A stretch of DNA of 64,000 nucleotides, from contig CAVUVW010000013.1 of assembly GCA_963745035.1 (NCBI GenBank), positions 1,376,001 to 1,440,000 of the forward strand, given 5' to 3'. The translations under genes and the position numbers were made by a program. Numbering within the stretch: position 1 is the first letter of the stretch; every line of letters starts with the position of its first letter. The stretch comes from an uncultured delta proteobacterium. Lineage in GTDB: Bacteria > Desulfobacterota > Binatia > UBA9968. This document shows, piece by piece, positions 38,967 to 50,901 of this stretch. Under the pieces are notes generated by a model, which was not told the origin of the DNA, did no database searches, and was given only the letters and a program-made list of their open reading frames with translations.

Positions 38967-40333
38967 ATGCCAAAAGTCTTAGTCATTGAGAAGAAGCCCG
39001 CGATTCAAGCCCTGCTGCGGAGCGATTCGTCGGAGAGTCCATTGCGGTCGAGCACGTCTGCAGCATCGATCAAGCCGCGGAGCATTTCATCGCGGCCAGA
39101 TATCATGTTCTCATCTGGGACGCCGTTAGTTCAAAGACCGAACAGTCCAAAGGCCTGGAGTTTCTGGACAGGCTCACCAAGAATTCAGCCCGCACCTACA
39201 TCATCGTCGTTACTGATCAATGGACAAGTCCCATCGGTCTTGATCGTCTGAGAGCCTACGCGCATCGAACGCTGACTCATCCCGTGCAGGGAGATGAGAT
39301 CCACGCTCTCGTGACTCAAGCGTTTCTTCAGCAAGCGTCCGGCGACGACGTTATCGGCAACAGTGAAACTTCGGTGCCTCTGGAATTTGAAGGCATGCTG
39401 GGCGTCAGCCTGCCCATGCAAGAGGTTTTTAAGAGGATCGTTGAAGCGGCGTCTGAGGACATTTCCGTGTTGATTACCGGAGAAACCGGCACGGGCAAGG
39501 ACATGGTCGCGTCGGCCATTCACAGGCGCAGCAGACGCAGTAACGGTCCCTACGTCGCGGTCAACACCGGAGCGATTTCGTCCGAGTTGATCGCCAGCGA
39601 ACTCTTCGGGCGCGAGAAAGGCGCATACACGGGCGCGGTTGAATCCGCCAAAGGGCATTTCGAGCAAGCTCACGGCGGCACGATCTTCCTCGATGAGATC
39701 AGCACCATCAACGAGAAAGCCCAGGTGAGTCTCCTGAGAGTTTTGGAGACGAAAACCTTCCGCCGGGTCGGCGGCGAGAAGGACATTTGCGCCAACGTTC
39801 GCGTCATCGCGGCAACCAATGAACACCTGGAAGAGGCCGTGAGACAAAAGAGATTTCGCGAGGATCTTTTTTATCGTCTTGATGTGTTTCGTATTCACGT
39901 GCCGCCTCTGCGCGAGCGCCCAGGCGGCGTGGCGCTTCTGACCAACCATTTCGTGCCTCATTTCAATGCGATCTATAAAAAGAACGTGCGCGCGATCGCC
40001 AAAGAAACCTGGGCTTGCCTGCGAAATTATCCCTGGCCCGGCAATGTGCGCGAGCTAAAAAATGTCATCCAGCGCGCCGTCCTCATGGCTCGAGGGCAAG
40101 AGCTGACTCCGGACTTGCTCCCTTTAAGAATGCGCACCTTGAGTAGCAGCCAAAGAACAGCCGCAGATCAACCCGGCCCGATCCACGTAGGCATGACTCT
40201 CGATAGCGTCGAGCGCGAATTTATCTTGATGACTTTGACCGCAACCCAAGGCAACAAAAAAGAGGCGGCCCAACAACTCGGAATCAGCCGCCGTGCTCTC
40301 TATGACAAACTCAGGAAGCACGGGCTATTGTGA
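38967..40333 (+). CDS. sigma54-dependent response regulator (receiver broken by frameshifts)
   Basis: MPKVLVIEK and RYHVLIWD..GLEFL receiver pieces in different frames; AAA+ [22 protein letters not shown], Fis HTH in ORF 39284..40333. Confidence 0.88.
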
Positions 40334-40529
40334 CGCGCAACACGCAATCGCTTTCCTTTCCCCGTTTCGCCCTTCGTTCGACGTTTCATCGTGTAAAGTA
40401 TTCGTATCCGCGCCGCGCGGCGTGTAATTTATTTGCACACGGAAACGGGCTTCGTTTCAACCCGCCGCTGAAAGCATATCCTTTGCAAGCCGAGGTCTTA
40501 GCGCGTCTCTCCCGAACGCGCATCAATGC

Positions 40530-40545
40530 TGGCACTTTGCTTGCT
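40530..40545 (+). promoter_or_regulatory. sigma54 (-24/-12) promoter
   Basis: TGGCACTTTGCTTGCT, perfect TGGCAC-N5-TTGC; GTGTAATTTATTTGCACAC inverted repeat about 90-110 bp upstream as a candidate UAS. Confidence 0.8.
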
Positions 40546-40652
40546 CTCTCCGCCGTTCCAAGGCGGCCTCTGCTGAACATTCATTAGCTTCTCCGAAACG
40601 GCCTGCGCTTGTAACTTGGAAGCGAAACGTTTCAGACCCGGAGCGATTCGCG

Positions 40653-41054
40653 GTGCTTGTCTCGAACTTTAGCTTGCCCCGCCGGCTCGGTAAGACCTTG
40701 CTCGTTTGTTCGCGCCGTTGTGCGGAAGTGGAAAGTCAACTCGCCCATGTCGGCTGCCGATTGAAAAGGGTCCGCGATGGCAACAAAGCGCTGCGAACCA
40801 TCCGCCACGAAACATTCGACACCGCCATTTTACTTTCGACAGGCAAACAAATGGACTTGGTCGAAACGATATTGAACCTGCGGGATATCCGACCATCGAT
40901 GCCGGTGATTGTTCTGATTGACCCGGCATCCTCGGAGCCAACCGACAGCGCACAGGCGGTCATTGCGCGCGCCATTCCGGAAGTGCCGATTTATACTCTG
41001 AGCGAGTTCCGAACGGAGTTGGATGCCACCAGCAGAGGCCGAGTAGTTCTTTGA
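40653..41054 (+). CDS. Stand-alone atypical receiver-like protein
   Basis: CheY-like pattern (RDGNKAL..IRHETFDTAILL..DLVETILNLR..PVIVL) lacking the acidic pocket. Confidence 0.6.
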   Translation: MLVSNFSLPRRLGKTLLVCSRRCAEVESQLAHVGCRLKRVRDGNKALRTIRHETFDTAILLSTGKQMDLVETILNLRDIRPSMPVIVLIDPASSEPTDSAQAVIARAIPEVPIYTLSEFRTELDATSRGRVVL

Positions 41055-41226
41055 GATACTTCGCTCCAAAGATTGACAGGACCGCAGCCCAATTTCCCGG
41101 CTCCGGGGAATCGAACGAGAATCGGCTTGACCAAGGAACGCGAACATTTGACGGCCGCTCAAACGCGTGCGAGCGGCGTACGTCTCAGTTAAATAAACCT
41201 CTCAACTGATCCGCCAGGAGGAAACA

Positions 41227-42275
41227 ATGAAGGCGAAAATGCATTGGCTGGTAGGTACGTCTGATCGGCCTCATCCTCTTAGCAGGAGCATTTCAGAGGC
41301 TCAATGCCAATGAGTTTTACCAAGGCAAAACGATTCGCTTTGTCGTCGGTTTTGCGGCTGGCGGAGGCTATGATCTCTCGGCTCGGATAGTTGGACGGCA
41401 CATCGGCAAGCATATTCCCGGCAATCCCACCATCGTCGTCGAAAACATGACCGGCGCCGGGAGTCTCATCGCGGCGAACTATACTTACAACAGCGCCAAG
41501 CCGGACGGCTTATTCGTGGGGATCTGGAATAGCGCCTATGTGCTGCGCCAGGCGCTCGGCGACAAAGCCGTCAGGTTCGATGCCCGCAAGCTAGGTTGGA
41601 TCGGCGCTCCGACCAAAGGCACGCCTTTTTGCAGCATCATGGCCCATACCGGATTGAAATCATGGAAGGATGTCCTTGCCGCCAACCGAGAGCTCAAAAT
41701 GGGTTCAACCGGACCGGGCTCCACCTATGACGACATGCCTCAGATATTGAACCGCACCCAAGGGACGAAGTTCAAGGTTATCAGCGGATATGAGGGCACG
41801 AGCACGATTCTCGTGGCCATGCGCAGAAAGGAAGTGGACGGCGGCTGCTGGACCTGGGAATCGGCGCGCACCACCGCCCGGCCTATGCTAGACGCACAGG
41901 GCGACGACAAGCTGATCCCGTTTCTCATCCATGCCAAAGAGCCCGATCCTGAGGTCAAGGACCTTCCGCTGATTCCAGAGGTAATCAAAGGCGAGGACAA
42001 CCTTTCCGCTTATCGGACTTGGTCTGGAACCTACGAATTCCAACGTCCCTTTAGTGTTCCACCCGGGACACCTAAAGAACGGCTGCAAGCTCCTGCGTAA
42101 AGCTTTCGCTGCGACCATGAAAGATCCGGAGTTTGTCGCCGAAGCAAAAAAATCGAAGTTCGACGCCACTTATGTATCCGGAGAAGAAGTCGACAAGTAT
42201 GTGGCTAACGTACTCTCCGTGACTCCCAAAGCCAAAGAGCTTCTCGACTTCTTGATGGTCAAACCAAAAACATAA
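41227..42275 (+). CDS. Tripartite tricarboxylate transporter substrate-binding protein (Bug/TctC) 1; frameshifts near both ends
   Basis: FYQGKTIRFVVG..AGGGYD..AR..GKHIPGNP.IVVENMTGAG..KPDGL; PPGTP; AGGAGG RBS. Confidence 0.88.
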
Positions 42276-42321
42276 GCGGTACGGAAAACCGGCAAGTGCG
42301 CTCATCGATAGGAGGAGCATC

Positions 42322-43373
42322 GTGAAAGCGAAATCATGGCTGCTCACAATGTGGTAGCGGCAGGCTTTACCTTATCCGTCGCGGCTCCTGCTCAATTATG
42401 GGCAGATGAATTCTATAAGGGCAAGGCGATCCGCTTTGTGGTGGGACAGGCGGCCGGCGGTGGCTACGATCTTTCCGCCCGAACCATCGCCCGTCATATG
42501 GGCAAGCACATCCCGGGAAATCCTGCCATCGTCGTTGAGAACATGACCGGCGCCGGGAGTCTCATCGCGGCGAACTACACTTACAACAGCGCCAAACCGG
42601 ACGGTTTATTCGTGGGCACCTGGAATGGCGCCCTGATCCTGCGTCAGGCCCTTGGCGATAAAGCCATAAGGCTCGACGGCCGCAAACTCGGCTGGATTGG
42701 CTCTCCAACAAAGGGGACGCCGGTTTGCGGCATCATGGCCTACACCGGATTAAAGAGCCTGGATGAGATTGTCGCCGCAAATCGAGAAATAAAGATGGGT
42801 GCCACAGGACCGGGGTCAACGTATGAGGACCTGCCCATGATGTTGAATCTGACTCTAGGCACCAAGTTCAAGGTGATTTCCGGTTATGAGGGCACGGGTA
42901 CCATTCTTGTAGCGATGCGCAGAAAAGAAGTCGACGGCGGCTGCTGGACCTGGGAATCGATGAGAACAACCGCCAGACCAATGCTCGATGCGAAGGGTGA
43001 CGACAGACTCATCCCCTATCTCATTCACCGCAGATGGGAAGAACCCGAAGTAAGAGACCTGCCGCTCATTCCAGACGTCTTAAAGAAGGATCCGGACAAG
43101 CTTGCGGCCTATAAAACCTGGGTCGCAACCTACGAATTTCAGCGGCCCTATACTGTGCCGCCCGGAACCCCTAAGGATCGCTTACAGCTACTCCGCAAAG
43201 CTTACGCCGACACTCTGAAAGACCCGGAGTTCTTAGCCGAGGCTAAAAAGGTGAAGTTAGAAGTAACGTACACGTCCGGTGAGGAGATCGAAAAGTATGT
43301 GGATGAGATGTTGACGATCACTCCGAAAGCCAAAGAACTTCTGAGCTTCCTATTGACCAAGGGAAAAAAATAA
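42322..43373 (+). CDS. Bug/TctC substrate-binding protein 2 (frameshift in signal peptide)
   Basis: Same motifs; GTG 42322 after GGAGGAG. Confidence 0.9.
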
Positions 43374-43416
43374 GCGCGGTCGGAAACCTGTCGGTTATTC
43401 TCACACGGGAGGAATC

Positions 43417-44464
43417 ATGAAGAGAAAATTCTCGTTATTTCTAGTCGTAGCAGTAAGCCTGATTTCACTGGTCGCAGGTCCTGCGCATTTATCGGCCAAC
43501 GACTTCTACAAGGGAAAAACCATCCGTTTTGTGGTCGGCCTCGCGCCCGGCGGCGGCTACGACCTCTCGGCTCGTACCGTCGGGCGGCACATTGGTAAGC
43601 ATATCCCCGGCAATCCCACCATCGTGGTTGAAAACATGACCGGCGCCGGGAGCCTGATTGCGGCGAACTATACCTTCAACAGCGCCAAACCCGATGGTTT
43701 GTTCGTCGGTATCTGGAATAGCGCTCTCGTCCTGCGCCAGGCGCTTGGCGATAAAGCTATGCGCTTCGATGCGCGCAAGTTCGGCTGGGTCGGCGCTCCA
43801 ACCATTGGCACGCCTCATTGCAGCATCATGGCCCACACCGGACTTAAAACTCTCAAGGATGTTCTCGCCAGCGACCGAGAAATCAAGATGGGCTCTACCG
43901 GACCCGGGTCGACCTACGACGATACGCCCAAGATATTGAACCAGACCATAGGAACAAAATTCAAAGTGGTCAGCGGCTATGAAGGAACCGGTCCGATCCT
44001 CGTCGCGATGCGCAGAAAGGAAGTCGACGGCGGTTGCTGGGGCTGGGAGTCGGCGCGGACCACTGGTAGAGCGCTGTTGGACGCGAAAGGCGATGACAAG
44101 TTGATCCCGTTTTTGATCCATCGCCGGGAGCCGGACCCTGAAGTCAAAGATCTTCCGCTCATTCCGGAAATCATCAAGGGCGAGGACAACCTTTCTGCAT
44201 ATAACACTTGGGTGGGAACTTTCGAGTTTCAGCGTCCCTTTATGGTTCCGCCAGGCACGCCGAAGGAGCGGCTCCAAGTTCTGCGCAAAGGCTTCGCCGA
44301 CACCATGAAGGACCCCGAGTTTATCGCCGAAGCGAAAAAATCCAAGTTGGAAATAACCTATGTCTCAGGGGAAGAAGTCGACAAATACGTGGACAAAGTC
44401 CTGGCGGTTACTCCCAGGGCCAAAGAGCTTCTCGAGCTTCCTAATAACCAAGCCGAAAAAATAG
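43417..44464 (+). CDS. Bug/TctC substrate-binding protein 3 (true stop likely TAG 44462-44464)
   Basis: Alternative frame ends FLITKPKK*, matching paralogue ends FLMVKPKT* and FLLTKGKK*. Confidence 0.88.
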
Positions 44465-44478
44465 CTCGGCGTAACTCT

Positions 44479-46551
44479 ATGGACTACATCGACGCCTTTT
44501 ATAACGCCCTGATCAACATCTTGCCTTTTACCAACCAAGGCCAGCAGGCGTTTTTCTTCATGCTGGTGGGAATTTTTATCGGTTTCTGGGTCGGCATTCT
44601 GCCCGGCTTGGGAGGCGCGGCGACACTCGCTCTCATGCTGCCATTCATCTACAAGATGGACCCCACGTCCGCCTTCGCTTTTCTCTTGGGGTCGAACGCC
44701 GTGACCGCTACGACCGGAGATATCACCTCGATCCTTTTCGGCGTCCCGGGTGAAGGCACGACAGCTTCGACGATCGTCGATGGCCATCCCATGGCCAAAA
44801 AGGGAGAAGCAGGACGAGCCTTAGGCGCGGCGCTGATGAGCTCTCTCGTCGGCGCCATTTTCGGCGCGTTTGTCTTGGCCCTGGCGATTCCCATTGCCGC
44901 GCCGCTGGTGCTCTCCATCGGTTCTCCTGAATTCTTCATGCTCGCCCTTCTGGCTATCACCTTTGTTGGATCGCTGAGCGGCGGAAACATCGTCAAGGGT
45001 CTCATGGCTGGCGGCCTCGGGTTAATGATTTCCACCATCGGCTTGGATCCGATACGGGGCGTCCCGCGCTTCACTTTTGAGGGGATCCTCGGACAGGGCC
45101 CGTCGATCTTTCTGTGGGACGGCATCGATCTCGTTGCCGTGACCATAGGACTGTTTGCCATCCCCGAGATTATCGACTTGGCCATCAAGGGAACGAGCAT
45201 CGCCCGGGAAAAGGTCGAAAAACTCGGCGGCGTCATGGAAGGCGTGAAAGACACCTTTCGCCATTGGTGGCTGGTTCTCAAGTGCAGCGCGCTCGGCGCC
45301 TATGTCGGCATACTTCCGGGAGTCGGCGGCGGCACCGCCCAATGGGTGGCATATGCTTACGCCGTTCAGAGCTCGCCCAACAAAGAGCGCTTCGGCAAGG
45401 GCGCGGTGGAAGGAGTGCTCGGCCCCGGCGCCGCCAATAACTCGACCCGCGGCGGCGATCTCATCACCACGGTCGCCTTCGGTATTCCGAGCAGCGTCTC
45501 GACGGCCATCTTGTTCGGCGCCTTTCTGATTCAAGGCATCGTGCCGGGTCCGGACATGCTGAATCCGGCCAAGCACTTGACCCTGACTTTTTCGTTCGTG
45601 TGGATCATTATCGTCGCCAACATCATCACCGTGGCGGTTTGCTTTCTATTTCTCAAGCAACTGGCGAAAATCACCAACATCAGGGGCGCCCTGCTCATTC
45701 CTTTCCTTCTCCTCCTCATCTATCTCGGCGGATTCACCGTCAAGAACAGCTTCGGCGACATGATCATGGTGCTGATTTTCGGCGCGCTCGGTTGGCTCAT
45801 GGTGCAGTTCGACTGGCAGCGGCCGCCGCTGCTGGTGGGTTTGGTTTTGGGAACCATCACGGAGAGAAACTTCTGGATCTCCACGAGGGCCTATGGATTC
45901 GACTGGCTGCTTCACCCGGGAGTCCTTATCATTGCCGTTTTCATTGTCGGCAGCGATTGTCTACTCCGTTCGGCAAATTTTGCGGGAAAAGAGAAAACCA
46001 CCGTCGACCGTTGCCGGAAGCGGCACCGGAGCCCGACATCGGCGATGATCACGAAGCCCGGTTTACCGACCGATCTTCGCGCTCTTCTTTGTCGGGCTGT
46101 TTATCTACGTGCTGCGCGAGACCTTATTTCGAGATCCGCCCCATGGAAGAGCGGGCCGCGCTCTTTCCCATGGTTCTCGGCATTCCGTGTCTGGCTTTGG
46201 CGCTTTGGGCTTTTGGCCAGGAACTTTTCCATGCTCTGCGACACGACGACCGACGCAGCAAATTCCGGAGAAACTGTGTCTTCTCTCGAACCGGCCGTTG
46301 TGCGCCGTCGCGCCTTTTCCATCGTCGCTTGGATCTTAGGTTTTTTTCTCGCCATTTGGCTCTTGGGCTTTCCAATCGCCGTGCCGGTTGCATGCTTTCT
46401 CTATTTTCGCTTCGCGGGCGGTGAGAAATGGTCGATCAGCGATCCTTTGAGTTTAACGGCCGGGGCGGTTTTTTACGGCCTGTTCGATTACTTCCTCCAT
46501 CTGCCTTTTCCCGAGGGCGCATTATTAGCGTGGTTGAACCTTTATGGATAG
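44479..46551 (+). CDS. tctA: TTT permease TctA with C-terminal TctB-like region (frameshifts near 45950-46230)
   Basis: GILPGLGG, SILFGVPGE...DGHPMAKKGEAGRAL, GPGAANN, FGIP; C-terminal WLLGF..A...FYGLF..FLHLPFPEG TctB signature. Confidence 0.88.
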   Translation: MDYIDAFYNALINILPFTNQGQQAFFFMLVGIFIGFWVGILPGLGGAATLALMLPFIYKMDPTSAFAFLLGSNAVTATTGDITSILFGVPGEGTTASTIVDGHPMAKKGEAGRALGAALMSSLVGAIFGAFVLALAIPIAAPLVLSIGSPEFFMLALLAITFVGSLSGGNIVKGLMAGGLGLMISTIGLDPIRGVPRFTFEGILGQGPSIFLWDGIDLVAVTIGLFAIPEIIDLAIKGTSIAREKVEKLGGVMEGVKDTFRHWWLVLKCSALGAYVGILPGVGGGTAQWVAYAYAVQSSPNKERFGKGAVEGVLGPGAANNSTRGGDLITTVAFGIPSSVSTAILFGAFLIQGIVPGPDMLNPAKHLTLTFSFVWIIIVANIITVAVCFLFLKQLAKITNIRGALLIPFLLLLIYLGGFTVKNSFGDMIMVLIFGALGWLMVQFDWQRPPLLVGLVLGTITERNFWISTRAYGFDWLLHPGVLIIAVFIVGSDCLLRSANFAGKEKTTVDRCRKRHRSPTSAMITKPGLPTDLRALLCRAVYLRAARDLISRSAPWKSGPRSFPWFSAFRVWLWRFGLLARNFSMLCDTTTDAANSGETVSSLEPAVVRRRAFSIVAWILGFFLAIWLLGFPIAVPVACFLYFRFAGGEKWSISDPLSLTAGAVFYGLFDYFLHLPFPEGALLAWLNLYG

Positions 46552-46666
46552 TTCGCCGTCTATGTTTCGGAATTAGGCTATCGGCGGAATCTACGGCCGC
46601 CCGGAGATCAAATGTCATAAGAATTTTGAGTCGAACGTGCAAGGAGCTAGCGGAAAGGAGAGTGCT

Positions 46667-47696
46667 ATGAAAAGTATTTGTCTTCGGCCTATTCATTTTA
46701 CTGGCATGGAACTCCAGCCTATACGCCCAGATCCCTTTCTATCAGGGAAAAACAATTACGCTAGTAGCCGGAACCACCGCAGGAAGCCAATATGATGCTC
46801 ATGCACGCCTCATAGCCCAGCACTGGGGAAAGCACATTCCTGGGAATCCCGACGTCATTGTCCAAAACATGCCGGGCGCAGGCTCTTTGATCGCGGCAAA
46901 CCATCTCTACAACGTCGCGAAGCCCGACGGTCTGACGGTCACGTCGATCATCCCGGCCATTTATTTCAATCAACTCGCCGGACGCAAAGAGGTCCAGTTT
47001 GACTACGGCAAATTCAATTGGATCGGCAGCGTGGATCGCTCGGATAATGTCATGTACATGCGTTCGGACACGCCGTTCAAAACGATCCATGACGTGCGCC
47101 GCTCCGCGCAGCCGCCCAAGTGCACCGCCACGGGAACCGGCACTGTCGGCCACTACATGCCAAAACTTCTGAATGAAACGATCGGGACGAAATTTGAAAT
47201 TATTTTGGGCTATCCAGGCGGACCGGAAATGGATCTGGCGGTGGAAAAAAACGAGGCTCAGTGCCGCGCGCTTACCCACGCCGCTTGGTTCAGCGGCGAG
47301 CCATATCGGACGTGGCAGGCCAAGGGATTCGCTCAGGTGTTGATTCAAACTGGGAAAAAACGCGATGAAAGACTGCCTCAGGTGTTCACCCTGAACGAGC
47401 TGATGGATGAATTTAAGACCGAAGAAATAGGCCGCCGGTTAGCCAGCGTGGTGCTTGCCTCCGGCGAGCTTGGCCGCCCCTACCTGCTGCCTCCGGCGAT
47501 ACCCGCCGAACGACTCAAAATATTGCGCGAAGCGTTCATGAAACTGATGACGGATCCCGCTTTCTTGGCCGACATCAAGAAAAGGAACCTAGAAGTGGAA
47601 CCCACGACCGGGGAGGAACTTGACAGGTTATCCAAACAAGTGATGGCCCAACCGCCGGAGGTCATCGAACGGGTGAAGAAACTGATGGGGAAATAA
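46667..47696 (+). CDS. Bug/TctC substrate-binding protein 4 (extra A just after ATG)
   Basis: Corrected N-terminus MKVFVFGLFILLAW..QIPFYQGKTITLVAG..KHIPGNP..QNMPGAG. Confidence 0.88.
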
Positions 47697-47823
47697 ATTC
47701 CGTCGGCCATCGTTCGATGCTTCCCCGCAACGGACAATTCACAGGAGTTTAGGCGGCGAACGATACATCAAAAGCCTTCAACGATTCGCGGCATTTTCGA
47801 TATTGGAGCAACAGGAGTAAGCC

Positions 47824-48836
47824 ACGAAGACTTTGCTTCTCGTCTTACTGGTGAGTGCCAGTCTCTGGCGGCCGGCGCTGCGCAGTCTTGGTCGGCGCCG
47901 GACACCCGGGTTGAGGGGGCAAAGAAAGAACAAAAACTGGTTTTCTATACCACCATGGACTTGCCCCAGAACATCAAAGTCGTTCACGGCTTCATAGAAA
48001 AATACCCCTTCTTGGACCTTGAGCTTCATCCGCTCGAAGCGGAAACACTCGTCGAAAGAGTTCGAAGCGAGGCGCGCAACGGGATGGCAACCTGGGATGT
48101 GCTGCTGGGGGGTAGTGTCCTGTTTCAGCCCTTATCGGAAGCGAACGTGATCACCCCCTATCATTCGCCGCAACGGGAAGCCGTCAGCGATACATTGAAC
48201 CACAGCCAGGGTTATTGGTCCGGGTACTACATCAATCCGTACGTGCTCGGTTACAACACAACGTCAGTGAAAGAAGAGGAGGTTCCAAAAAAGTATGGCG
48301 AGTTGCTTGATCCACGCTGGAAAGGCAATCGCATCGCCATCGATGGCACCGCTCACGGATTATTGCGGGGGCTCGCTGCAACCTGGGGTCGGGACAAAGC
48401 GGTTGCGTACCTAAAACAACTTGCCGATCAGCAGCCGGTCATGGCTCGCGCGAGCATTATGGCGGTGGATTCCCTGCACCTCGGCGCTGTTTCAATGGTG
48501 ATCGCACGTGCTCCCGTGATTCACGGATACAAGAAAAAACTAGGCTCGCCCATCGAGTGGACCTTTCTCGGACCCGTTATCGCCCAGCTCGACGCCGTAA
48601 TGCTGTCCGCACAATCCCGCAGTCCCAATGCAGCGCGGCTTTTTGTTGATTTTATTCTCTCCAAGGAGGGCCAGAGCGGTCTAGCCGACGTGCAGCAGAT
48701 TCCGGTTCGGAGAGACATGGAAACACGGTCAAAGCCCGCGTTCCAGGGTCATCAGTGGTTTGTGGAACAGCCGGACAAGCATGAAAAATTCGCCGAGACC
48801 GTCAAGCTGTTTCGGGACATTTTTGGCTCGCGCTAA
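47824..48836 (+). CDS. Orphan ABC-type extracellular solute-binding protein (Fe3+/polyamine/thiamine-like); start uncertain
   Basis: VEGAKKE..LVFYTTM, YNT..V..EEVPK.Y.ELLDPRWKG, PNAARLFVDFILSKEGQ; signal peptide out of frame upstream of ORF 47955. Confidence 0.8.
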
Positions 48837-48930
48837 CTGCATACGCTTGTGTGTTCGTCAGTTGAATGGGTGAAAACAGTTCCAAGAAAACTGGCCAGGC
48901 GCCGCAACAGTTTCGCTTTGGAGGCTCACC

Positions 48931-49965
48931 GTGAACAGACGTACAATCTCGGCAGTCGTAGTTCTCGCGGCTTTGTATGCCCCCCAAGGGCATGCCCAGG
49001 AGCCCTTTTACAAAGGCAAGACCATCACCATCCTCGCCGGTACCGGAGCCGGCAACGTGTACGACATCTTTGCGCGGCTGTTCGCTCGACACATGGGCAG
49101 GCATATCCCGGGCAATCCGGAGATCATCGTGCAAAACATGCCCGGCGCCGCGTCGATGATCGCGGCCAATCACCTCACGAACGTGACAAAGCCCGACGGA
49201 TTGACCATCGGCGCCATCTTTCCGGCTCTGTATTTCGACCAAATCATTCGCCGCCCGGAGGTGAAGTTCGACTGGGGGAAGTTTATCTGGCTCGGCAGTC
49301 CCGCCAAATCAGACCAGCTGCTCTACATGCGCGCCGACTCCCCGTATAAGACGATTGAGGACGTCGTGAAAGCCTCTCCCCCTCCCAAGTGCGGCGCAAC
49401 CGGAACGTCCTCGACCGCTTACTACATACCTAAACTGCTCGATCAAAACATCGGGACGAATTTCGAAATTGTGTTGGGTTACAAGACCGGCACGGATATC
49501 GATCTGGCGGTGGAAAGAGGCGAAGTGATCTGCCGCGCCTTTACGATCGAAGCCTTTTTCGCCCGCGAGCCGTTTTTTACCTGGGTGAAGAAAAAATTTG
49601 TCCGGATTCTCGTCCAAACCGGAAAGAAGCGCGACGAGCGTCTGAAGGACGTGCCAACCATTCCTGAGCTCCTGGACAAGTACAAGACAAATGACACGGG
49701 TCGGCGCCTGGCGGATCTAGTTTTAGCCGCCGGCGAATTCGGCCGGCCCTATGTCCTGCCTCCCGGCACACCCGCCGACAAAGCAAGGATTCTCCGCGAA
49801 GCATTTGCAAAGACGCTGAAAGATGAAGCGCTGCTCGCGGACGCCAAAGCAAGCAATCTCGACGTGGAACCGAGCAGCGCCGAGGAACTCGATAGGCTCG
49901 CTAAAGAAGTCACCAGCCAATCGCCGGAAATCGTCGACAAAATGAAAAAACTGCTAGACAAGTGA
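48931..49965 (+). CDS. Bug/TctC substrate-binding protein 5
   Basis: Signal peptide, FYKGKTI, HIPGNP..QNMPGA, KPDGLT, LAVERGEV, PPGTP. Confidence 0.92.
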   Translation: MNRRTISAVVVLAALYAPQGHAQEPFYKGKTITILAGTGAGNVYDIFARLFARHMGRHIPGNPEIIVQNMPGAASMIAANHLTNVTKPDGLTIGAIFPALYFDQIIRRPEVKFDWGKFIWLGSPAKSDQLLYMRADSPYKTIEDVVKASPPPKCGATGTSSTAYYIPKLLDQNIGTNFEIVLGYKTGTDIDLAVERGEVICRAFTIEAFFAREPFFTWVKKKFVRILVQTGKKRDERLKDVPTIPELLDKYKTNDTGRRLADLVLAAGEFGRPYVLPPGTPADKARILREAFAKTLKDEALLADAKASNLDVEPSSAEELDRLAKEVTSQSPEIVDKMKKLLDK

Positions 49966-50122
49966 GATTTGGAGTCATCGCGTTTCACACGGAAGCCAAA
50001 AGCGCGGTCCTCATGAAAACGCAAAAAAGATTTCTTAGGACTTTCCGCGAGGCGATGGTCTAGCGCGTCCTTCGACGAGAGTGGCGCTGCAATGATTAGG
50101 TTCTAAGACACCGGAGGTACGT

Positions 50123-50596
50123 ATGGACCTGATAAAGAAGATTCTCGCGCCGACTGATTTGTCTTCCTTCTCAGCAAGCGGAGTCCGCTACGCATGTAAT
50201 CTGGCCAGGGCCGTGGGCGCTGAAGTGATTGTGGCCCACGCGGTGAGCACCAGCGAGTTTATGTCTCACGCAACCAGTTTGAACATAACTTCTTCCGGAA
50301 CTGAGACACAGGACTTGTTAGGCAAGCTGGCGGAACATCACAAGGTGTTGTTGCAGAAATTTACGGAACAGCAGTTGCCTAGTGCAGAGGCGAATGTAAA
50401 CGTTCAGCCGATTGTCGAAATGGGAGACCCGCACACCCTAATAGTCAACTGGGCAAAAGATAAAGCAGTTGATCTCATTGTGATGTCCACCCATGGTCGT
50501 AGCGGTATTTCGCGAATGCTATTGGGCAGCGTGACGGAAAAGGTTCTTCGAAGCGCTTCCTGTCCTGTACTCGCAATTCCTTCTCACGAGCGGTAA
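50123..50596 (+). CDS. Universal stress protein
   Basis: [39 protein letters not shown]. Confidence 0.95.
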   Translation: MDLIKKILAPTDLSSFSASGVRYACNLARAVGAEVIVAHAVSTSEFMSHATSLNITSSGTETQDLLGKLAEHHKVLLQKFTEQQLPSAEANVNVQPIVEMGDPHTLIVNWAKDKAVDLIVMSTHGRSGISRMLLGSVTEKVLRSASCPVLAIPSHER

Positions 50597-50644
50597 GGGC
50601 TTCCGCGAGGTTGGTAAATTGACCTAAGCGAAGAAGGTCTTTCG

Positions 50645-50880
50645 ATGAAAGCAAAATCAGGTGACTTAATAATCTCAGCCGAGGTTCTGATCGCTGCCGT
50701 TCTGGTGCTTATTTTGGTCGCTCCGAGGGCAGCTCTATCACAGACGCCCTTTTATCAGGGCAAAACGATTCGCCTTATCGTCGGGCTTGCGCCGGGTGGC
50801 GGCTATGACCTGTATTCACGGGTGATCGCGCGCCACCTGGGCAAGCACATTGCCGGTCATCCGACGATCGTGGTTGAAAT
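50645..50880 (+). pseudogene. 5' fragment of a Bug/TctC gene
   Basis: Signal peptide and FYQGKTIRLIVGLAPGGGYDLYSR..HPTIVVE; homology then stops abruptly at the RBS of the next tctC. Confidence 0.7.
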
Positions 50881-50901
50881 TCTCCAGGAAGGAGAACTGC
50901 G

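Noticed and set aside
43417-46551. 1044-aa TctC-TctA-TctB triple fusion in the ORF track
   Set aside because: A one-base shift near 44433 restores the paralogue-like end FLITKPKK* at 44464, and TctA has its own ATG at 44479. The TctC fusion is probably an indel artefact.
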